Origin: Deltaproteobacteria bacterium | Lineage (GTDB): Bacteria > Myxococcota_A > UBA9160 > SMWR01 | Reading direction: 5' to 3' | Length of the DNA: 12,510 nucleotides | Assembly: GCA_032128375.1 (NCBI GenBank) | Contig: JAQBGU010000019.1 | Location: 1-12,510, forward strand | In this document: one piece after another, positions 7,422-12,510 of the stretch | Layout of the letters: each line of letters opens with the position of its first letter | How positions within the stretch are numbered: position 1 is the first letter of the stretch | Program-made: the position numbers and the translations under genes | Notes under the pieces: generated by a model | What the model was told of the DNA's origin: nothing | Databases searched by the model: none | The model's input: only the letters and a program-made list of their open reading frames with translations

Positions 7422-7991
7422 TCAGACCTGAAGGACCTCTTTCTCCTTCGAGTTGGCAATATTGTCGAGTTCCTTCACCATGTCGTCGGTAAGCCCCTGA
7501 ATTCTCTTCTCTTCTCGGCGCTTGTCATCTTGCGAGATTGCGCCTTCTGATGCGAGGTCCTTCAACATCGAGAGCGCGTCACGGCGGGCCTCTCGAATGC
7601 CCACCTTGTGGTCCTCGGCACTGCGATGGACTTGCTTGACGATCTCCTTGCGGCGCTCTTCGGTCAGTGGTGGAACCGGCACGCGTACCACCTTGCCGTC
7701 GTTGTTTGGCGACAACCCGAGATCGGCCTTCTGTATCGCCTTTTCGATGTCACTCATGGCGCCCTTGTCGTAGGGAGAAATGACGATCAGCCGGGGATCG
7801 GGCGTCGTCACGTTCGCCAGCTGGCTGAGTGGGGTCGGAGTTCCATAGTAGTCGACATGGATGCCGTCGAGCAGGCTCGCACTGGCGCGTCCCGTGCGGA
7901 CTTTCATGAGCTCTGCCTTCAGGCTACGGGTCGCCTTGCCCATGCTGTCGCGCGTTTCGTCGTACACCAGAGCCGCATCATCATCTGCCAT
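7422..7991 (-). CDS. frr: Ribosome recycling factor
   Basis: VRTGRASASLLD, VDYYGTPTPL, LGLSPNNDG, PPLTEERRKE, KEKEVL. 189 aa, GAAGGGG upstream, directly after pyrH. Confidence 0.97.
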   Translation of the reverse strand: MADDDAALVYDETRDSMGKATRSLKAELMKVRTGRASASLLDGIHVDYYGTPTPLSQLANVTTPDPRLIVISPYDKGAMSDIEKAIQKADLGLSPNNDGKVVRVPVPPLTEERRKEIVKQVHRSAEDHKVGIREARRDALSMLKDLASEGAISQDDKRREEKRIQGLTDDMVKELDNIANSKEKEVLQV

Positions 7992-8099
7992 ACGCGGTAC
8001 CCCTTCTGCTGTGGCTTCCCCTGTAGAAAATCCTGTGACGCATGTTGATTGACGTTGATCGCGACCTGTTGGTTCGCCCCCTCGCCTCGCCAGCAGGCT

Positions 8100-8816
8100 T
8101 CAGCCTTCCACCCGCGTCCCTACCGCTTCACCCGCGGCGAGTCTGCGGAGGTTACCAGCCTTGGCCATATCGAAAACTACGATCGGCAGCTCGTTCTCGC
8201 GGCACAACGCGAGCGCGGTCTGATCCATCACACCGAGCTTCTTGGTTAGCGCTTCGTCCCAACTCAATCGTTCGTAGCGGGTCGCCTTGGGGTCGAGCTT
8301 GGGGTCGGCCGTGTACACGCCGTCGACCCCCTGCTTGCCCATCAAGATGATTTCTGCGTGCAGCTCTGCCGCGCGCAGCACAGCAGCGGTATCCGTCGTG
8401 AAGTACGGATTGCCGGTCCCTCCAGCGAATACCACGACCCGTCCCTTGTCGAGATGGCGAATCGCACGACGTCGGATGTACGGCTCCGCGACCGACTGGG
8501 TCTCGATCGCGGACTGCACGCGCGTATCGAGGCCCACCTTTTCCAATGAGTCCTGCAGCGCCAGTGCATTGATCACGCTGGCCAGCATTCCCATATAGTC
8601 CGCACTGGCGCGATCCATACCCTCTTCGGCCGCAGCAATGCCACGAATGATGTTGCCGCCTCCAACGACGACACACACCTGGATCCCAAGTTCGTGAACC
8701 TCGCGAATTTCCATTGCCGTCTGAGAGATCACGGCTGGGCTGATGCCAAAGCCGCTTTCCCCGGCGAGCTGACCGCCGGACAGTTTGATCAGGAGCCTTC
8801 GGTAGGCCGCTTTCAC
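8100..8816 (-). CDS. pyrH: UMP kinase
   Basis: [72 protein letters not shown] overlap with the tsf stop. Confidence 0.97.
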   Translation of the reverse strand: MKAAYRRLLIKLSGGQLAGESGFGISPAVISQTAMEIREVHELGIQVCVVVGGGNIIRGIAAAEEGMDRASADYMGMLASVINALALQDSLEKVGLDTRVQSAIETQSVAEPYIRRRAIRHLDKGRVVVFAGGTGNPYFTTDTAAVLRAAELHAEIILMGKQGVDGVYTADPKLDPKATRYERLSWDEALTKKLGVMDQTALALCRENELPIVVFDMAKAGNLRRLAAGEAVGTRVEG

Positions 8817-9715
8817 GCCTCCCCCGCTTCTCCGTCGCCTGGTTCACCGCCCAGTTCGCCGAGCTTGAAACGCTGATAGCCGTTGATCGAAATCTCGGTC
8901 CCTGCGGAGGAACCGACATCGGAAAGCAGCGCTGCAATCGTCCGGTCCGGGTCCTTCACGTACGCCTGCTCGAGCAAGCATATCTCTGCAAGGTACTTGT
9001 TGATGCGCCCCTCGACGATCTTGTCGATGACCTTTTCGGGCTTGCCTCCCTGCAAGGCCTGGGTCCGGAAAATGGCTCGCTCGGAATCGAGCATCGCCTT
9101 ATCCACACCTGAGCGATCGATCGCGATCGGCGACGGGTCCGCGGCTGCCACGTGCATTGCGACATCCTTCGCCAGCGTGTCGAGCGCCTGACCGGAGCCG
9201 CTCGTCGCCAGACTTACGATGACGCCCAGCTTCCCGCCGGCGTGGACATAGCCTCCACCGACACCGGCGCCCTCGGCACCGAGCCGCGCGACTCGCTTGA
9301 GGACGACGTTCTCGCCGAGCTTCGTGACCGCTTCGGTGATCTTGTCGGCAACCGTCTCGCCATCGAGCGAAGCGCCGCTCAAGCCGCCGACAGTCGCTGC
9401 ACTCGGGTCGCGCGCCACGATCTTCGCCAGTGCGTCCCCCATCGCGATGAACTCGTCGGTGCGCGCAACGAAGTCCGTCTCGCAACCCAACTCCACCATG
9501 GCTGCGACGCCAGCACCCAGCGCAATCGCAACCACGCCTTCGGTGGTCTCGCGTCCCTCGCGCTTGCCCGCCTTTGCCAGGCCGCGCTCGCGCAGCAGCT
9601 CATTCGCTTTCGCCAGGTCGCCCTCAGCATCGCTGAGTGCGTGCTTACAATCCATCATGCCGGCGCCCGTCTTTTCGCGGAGCTCTTTTACCGACTTAGC
9701 CGAAATCTGAATCAC
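8813..9715 (-). CDS. tsf: Translation elongation factor Ts
   Basis: [65 protein letters not shown] start with AAGGGAG 9 nt upstream. Confidence 0.97.
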   Translation of the reverse strand: MIQISAKSVKELREKTGAGMMDCKHALSDAEGDLAKANELLRERGLAKAGKREGRETTEGVVAIALGAGVAAMVELGCETDFVARTDEFIAMGDALAKIVARDPSAATVGGLSGASLDGETVADKITEAVTKLGENVVLKRVARLGAEGAGVGGGYVHAGGKLGVIVSLATSGSGQALDTLAKDVAMHVAAADPSPIAIDRSGVDKAMLDSERAIFRTQALQGGKPEKVIDKIVEGRINKYLAEICLLEQAYVKDPDRTIAALLSDVGSSAGTEISINGYQRFKLGELGGEPGDGEAGEA

Positions 9716-9761
9716 CGAGTCGTTCTCCCTTCGATCTTTCGATTCTTTCGCAGTTGCCCAG

Positions 9762-9821
9762 TTTCGTTGATAATTTCGTTGATGATTTCGTAGAAAATTT
9801 CGTTGGTCGTTTCGTTGTTGA
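9762..9821. repeat. Five-unit 12-bp periodic array (core TTTCGT[T/A]G plus 4 variable nt) in the rpsB-tsf spacer
   Basis: 9762 tttcgttgataa, 9774 tttcgttgatga, 9786 tttcgtagaaaa, 9798 tttcgttggtcg, 9810 tttcgttgttga. Confidence 0.9.
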
Positions 9822-9943
9822 AGGATGCTTTGTTGCCCGCTCTGTCCGCAGCAATCAGGCCGGTTTCGACACGACTAACAGCCCCCCGATCCGTCGCGGT
9901 GCAGCCGTCGTCAGTGCTCGTGCCATCTCGTGATCATCCGTTC

Positions 9944-9976
9944 TCAAAATCGGCGGCGTCACAAGCGTCGCCGATT
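9944..9976 (-). terminator. Hairpin with short U-run after rpsB; weak intrinsic terminator/attenuator candidate
   Basis: Minus strand AATCGGCG-A-CG-CTTGTGA-CG-C-CGCCGATT-TTGA, beginning 12 nt after the rpsB stop. The U-run is only 4 nt. Confidence 0.5.
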
Positions 9977-9988
9977 GGAGCGAATTCG

Positions 9989-11062
9989 CTACGCGTCGCT
10001 GCCCGAGTCGCCTGACTCGGGCGTCTCCGCAACGTGGGCTGCCGGGGCTGCGGGAGCCGCCGTTGCCTCGAACTCTGGGCCGTCGGCCGTGGTGCGCTCC
10101 GCGTCGCGCCGTTCCGCGGCCATCGTTGCTCCCCGCCCTCGCCGGGGCGGGTGCTTGATTTCGACCACCACGCGGCCCGTCCCAGGTATCATTGTTTCGG
10201 TCTTCGCCCTGGGGCGTGTCTTCTCGGCTTCGGCTTCTTGCGCTTGGATACGCGCGTTGTTCAGTGCCGCACCTTGTAGACACGCATCGGCGACGCGCGA
10301 GCAGTAGAGCTGTATGGCTCGAATCGAGTCGTCGTTGCCGGGAACCGCGAAATCGATATTGGCCGGGTCGCAGTTGGAATCAACAATCGCGAGAACCGGA
10401 ATCCCGAGCCGCCGCGCTTCGTTGATGGCGATCGACTCACAGTTGACGTCGATCACGAAAATCGCCGCAGGCAATCGGCTCATGTCGCGAATCCCGTCGA
10501 GCGACTTGCGGTATTTGTCGACCTGACGGGTGATCCGAGCCAACTCCTTCTTGGACAGCTCAGCCATCTTCTCTTCGTCAGCGAGGATCTCGAGCATCGA
10601 CTTGAAGCGATCGATCGATTTCTTGACCGTCTTGAAATTTGTCAACATGCCGCCCAGCCAGCGGTTGTTGACGTAGTACTGGTTCGAGCGTTCCGCCTCG
10701 AGGCGTAGCGGTTCTTGCGCCTGCCGCTTGGTCGCCACGAACAGAACCTTGCCGCCACGCGACACGACGTCACTGATGAAAGCGAGCCCCGCTCGGAAGC
10801 GCGGAAGCGACTGATCGAGGTCGATGATGTGGACGCCATTGCGTTCGCCGAACAAGTACCTCTTCATGTTCGGGTTCCAGCGGCGGGTCTGGTGACCGAA
10901 GTGGGCGCCAGCCTCCAACATTTCGCGGATCGTGACGCCGACCTTCATGGCATCGGCCATGGCACTGGATGCGGGAGCGGCTTCGCTCTCGGTCAACGCT
11001 GCGGTCAGGGGTGCGCTCGCGGTTTCGGGCGAAACCGGTGACTCAGCCGTAGGATCGGCCAT
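9989..11062 (-). CDS. rpsB: 30S ribosomal protein S2 (357 aa, with N- and C-terminal extensions)
   Basis: MLEAGAHFGHQTRRWNPNM, RNGVHIIDL, FVATKRQA, RWLGGMLTNFKT, IVDSNCDP, PGNDDSIRAI. Start ATG 11062 has AAGGAG 8 nt upstream. Confidence 0.98.
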   Translation of the reverse strand: MADPTAESPVSPETASAPLTAALTESEAAPASSAMADAMKVGVTIREMLEAGAHFGHQTRRWNPNMKRYLFGERNGVHIIDLDQSLPRFRAGLAFISDVVSRGGKVLFVATKRQAQEPLRLEAERSNQYYVNNRWLGGMLTNFKTVKKSIDRFKSMLEILADEEKMAELSKKELARITRQVDKYRKSLDGIRDMSRLPAAIFVIDVNCESIAINEARRLGIPVLAIVDSNCDPANIDFAVPGNDDSIRAIQLYCSRVADACLQGAALNNARIQAQEAEAEKTRPRAKTETMIPGTGRVVVEIKHPPRRGRGATMAAERRDAERTTADGPEFEATAAPAAPAAHVAETPESGDSGSDA

Positions 11063-11079
11063 TGCGTGATCTCCTTCGC

Positions 11080-11178
11080 GGTTGTGCGTCCGAACCGGTT
11101 CGTAATTCCCCAACCGACCTCACTGACGTGACGTACCGCCAGCCTGCCAGCACCGCAGGGGTGACCCGGAACGTGTGA
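11080..11178 (-). ncRNA. rpsB leader (S2 autogenous control element, t44-like cis-regulatory RNA)
   Basis: Minus strand TCACAC...CCGG..CCCC-TGCGGTGC[TGGC...GTCAGT]GAGGTCGG..GGGG...CCGG..GGACGCACAACC. This mirrors the CACAC / GGTGC-hairpin-GGTCGG / GGAGGCATAACC layout I recall for the E. coli rpsB leader. Recognised by eye, no covariance search run. Confidence 0.65.
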
Positions 11179-11242
11179 TTTGTCCAAGGGGTTAGCAGAG
11201 TCGGCGAGACGCGGCTAACCGCTGTTGTCCGCCAAGGGCAAC

Positions 11243-12508
11243 TCAGGTGGTGTATTCGGCGTTGATCTTCACATACTCATAGCTGAGATCGCAGGTCCAG
11301 ATGTGCGCCTCAGCCCGGCCAACGCCCAACTCGACGCACAACTCGATCTCATCGGCCGCCAGGCGCATTGCGGAGCGCCTGCGCGCCACCGGCCCGGTCG
11401 ATGCGCCAGCGCGGAACACCGTGATTCCACCCAATTGGACTCGCGCGCGGTCGAGATTGACCCGCACCTGGCCCGCTCCGACCGTTTGCAGAATGCGCCC
11501 CCAGTTGCTGTCGCCACCGAAGACTGCCGTCTTGACCAGCATCGAGTTGGCGATGCGGCGGGCGGCTCGGTCTGCTTCCGCAGGGTTCGCGGCGCCGGTC
11601 ACCCGCACGGTGATGAGCTTGGTGGCGCCCTCCCCGTCGCGGGCCAGATCCCGGGTGAGTGACACCGCCACCTGCTCGATCGCGTGCGCGAACGCCGCAG
11701 CACCGGGGCTCCGCGTGCTGCGCAGCGTCCGGTTGCCGGCCACGCCGCTGGCCATCAAGAGCACCGTATCGCTGGTCGAGGTTTCGCCATCGATCGTCAG
11801 CCGGTTGAAGCTGCGATCCACGGCCGTTTTCAATACGCGCCGAAGCTGGGCGGGCGACACCGCGGCATCCGTCAGTAGGAACGCCAACATCGTCGCCATG
11901 TTCGGCTCGATCATTCCCGACCCCTTGGCGATTCCCGCCACGCTGACGGTGCAACCATCCACGCGCGCGGTCGCCACTGCCGTCTTCGAGAAGGTATCGG
12001 TGGTGCGAATCGCTTCGACGGCACTCACGAGTCCACCATCGACGAGCGTTGCTGCAGCGGTCTTGATCCCGCGGCGAATCGAGGCCATCGGAAGCGGCGC
12101 TCCGATCACGCCCGTCGACGCAACCAACACCTGATCGGGGCTCGCCCCGATCGCGGCTGCCGTACGGCTTGCCATCTCGGCGGCGTCGCGCCGGCCCCGA
12201 GCCCCCATCGCTACGTTCGAGATGCCGCTGTTGACAACCACAGCGCGCGCGATGCCGTTGCGCACATGGGCGCGACACCATTCCACTGGCGCGCCCACAA
12301 TCGACGACTTCGTGAACACACCCGCCACCGAGCACGGCGCCTCGCTCGCGATCAGCGCGAGATCGAGCCCCGACTTCTTGATACCGCAGCGTACACCGAC
12401 AGCACGAAAACCCGGAACATGAAGGGGAGTCTTCAGCGGCACTTGGATAGGAGTCTTCAACGGCACTTGGATAGGAGTCTTCAACGGCACTTGGATAGGA
12501 GTCTTCAA
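11243..12508 (-). CDS. argJ: Glutamate N-acetyltransferase / ornithine acetyltransferase ArgJ (start uncertain, possibly beyond the window)
   Basis: VPGFRAVGVRCGIKK, DLALI, ASTGVIG, TTDT, autocleavage motif AKGSGMIEPNMATML, DGETSTSDT, RDGEGATK, NWGRI, INAEYTT. GTG at 12442 would give a typical 399-aa protein, but the frame stays open through the repeat to the window edge. Confidence 0.96.
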   Translation of the reverse strand: MKTPIQVPLKTPIQVPLKTPIQVPLKTPLHVPGFRAVGVRCGIKKSGLDLALIASEAPCSVAGVFTKSSIVGAPVEWCRAHVRNGIARAVVVNSGISNVAMGARGRRDAAEMASRTAAAIGASPDQVLVASTGVIGAPLPMASIRRGIKTAAATLVDGGLVSAVEAIRTTDTFSKTAVATARVDGCTVSVAGIAKGSGMIEPNMATMLAFLLTDAAVSPAQLRRVLKTAVDRSFNRLTIDGETSTSDTVLLMASGVAGNRTLRSTRSPGAAAFAHAIEQVAVSLTRDLARDGEGATKLITVRVTGAANPAEADRAARRIANSMLVKTAVFGGDSNWGRILQTVGAGQVRVNLDRARVQLGGITVFRAGASTGPVARRRSAMRLAADEIELCVELGVGRAEAHIWTCDLSYEYVKINAEYTT

Positions 12509-12510
12509 CG
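12426..12510. repeat. Near-perfect 24-bp tandem repeat GGAGTCTTCAACGGCACTTGGATA, at least 3.5 copies, truncated by the window end
   Basis: Units start at 12426 (one substitution), 12450, 12474 and 12498 (partial). In the argJ frame the unit encodes (VPLKTPIQ)n. Confidence 0.97.

Noticed and set aside
9762..9821. Mini-CRISPR or plasmid iterons/DnaA boxes
   Set aside because: An 8-bp core with 4-nt spacers is far too short for CRISPR. There is no rep gene and no TTATCCACA match in the array.
9979..9990. 12-bp perfect palindrome AGCGAATTCGCT at the rpsB stop
   Set aside because: Single occurrence, and palindromes of this size are expected by chance in 12 kb.
11063..11113. Upstream TTG start of rpsB from the ORF track
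   Set aside because: It falls in the S2 leader structure. ATG 11062 has a well-spaced AAGGAG.
97..12335. Many other overlapping ORFs (e.g. 97-984, 5900-6787, 6316-7398, 8152-8937, 11301-12134, 11349-12335)
   Set aside because: Alternative-frame or antisense ORFs over well-identified genes. Most are Arg/Pro/Ala/Ser-rich and none has family motifs, as is typical of high-GC DNA.
12426..12510. CRISPR array
   Set aside because: Units are head-to-tail with no spacers, in frame with argJ, and no cas genes are present.

Overview
GC-rich bacterial core-genome window with every real gene on the minus strand: argJ, rpsB, tsf, pyrH, frr, uppS, dxr, rseP, tsaB, ilvC, psd, pssA and the 5' end of leuB. 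The order resembles the deltaproteobacterial (Desulfobacterota/Myxococcota-like) rpsB-to-pssA cluster as I recall it, but cdsA, ilvD/ilvB/ilvN and leuA are absent (taxonomy is inference). I see no mobile element, CRISPR array, tRNA/rRNA or defence system, and no clearly novel protein-coding system. The unusual signal is at the gene junctions. Short tandem repeats lie over or just upstream of four gene starts (24 bp argJ, 12 bp tsf, 11 bp rseP, 15 bp psd). The 11-bp period creates a chain of two ATGA-overlapped 4-codon mini-ORFs linking the dxr stop to the rseP start. ilvC and psd are in one frame, separated by a single TGA and an open, repeat-encoded linker. A near-consensus sigma70 promoter precedes a ~180-nt ilvC leader that can fold into a 4-way junction. 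An rpsB (S2) autoregulatory leader is recognisable.
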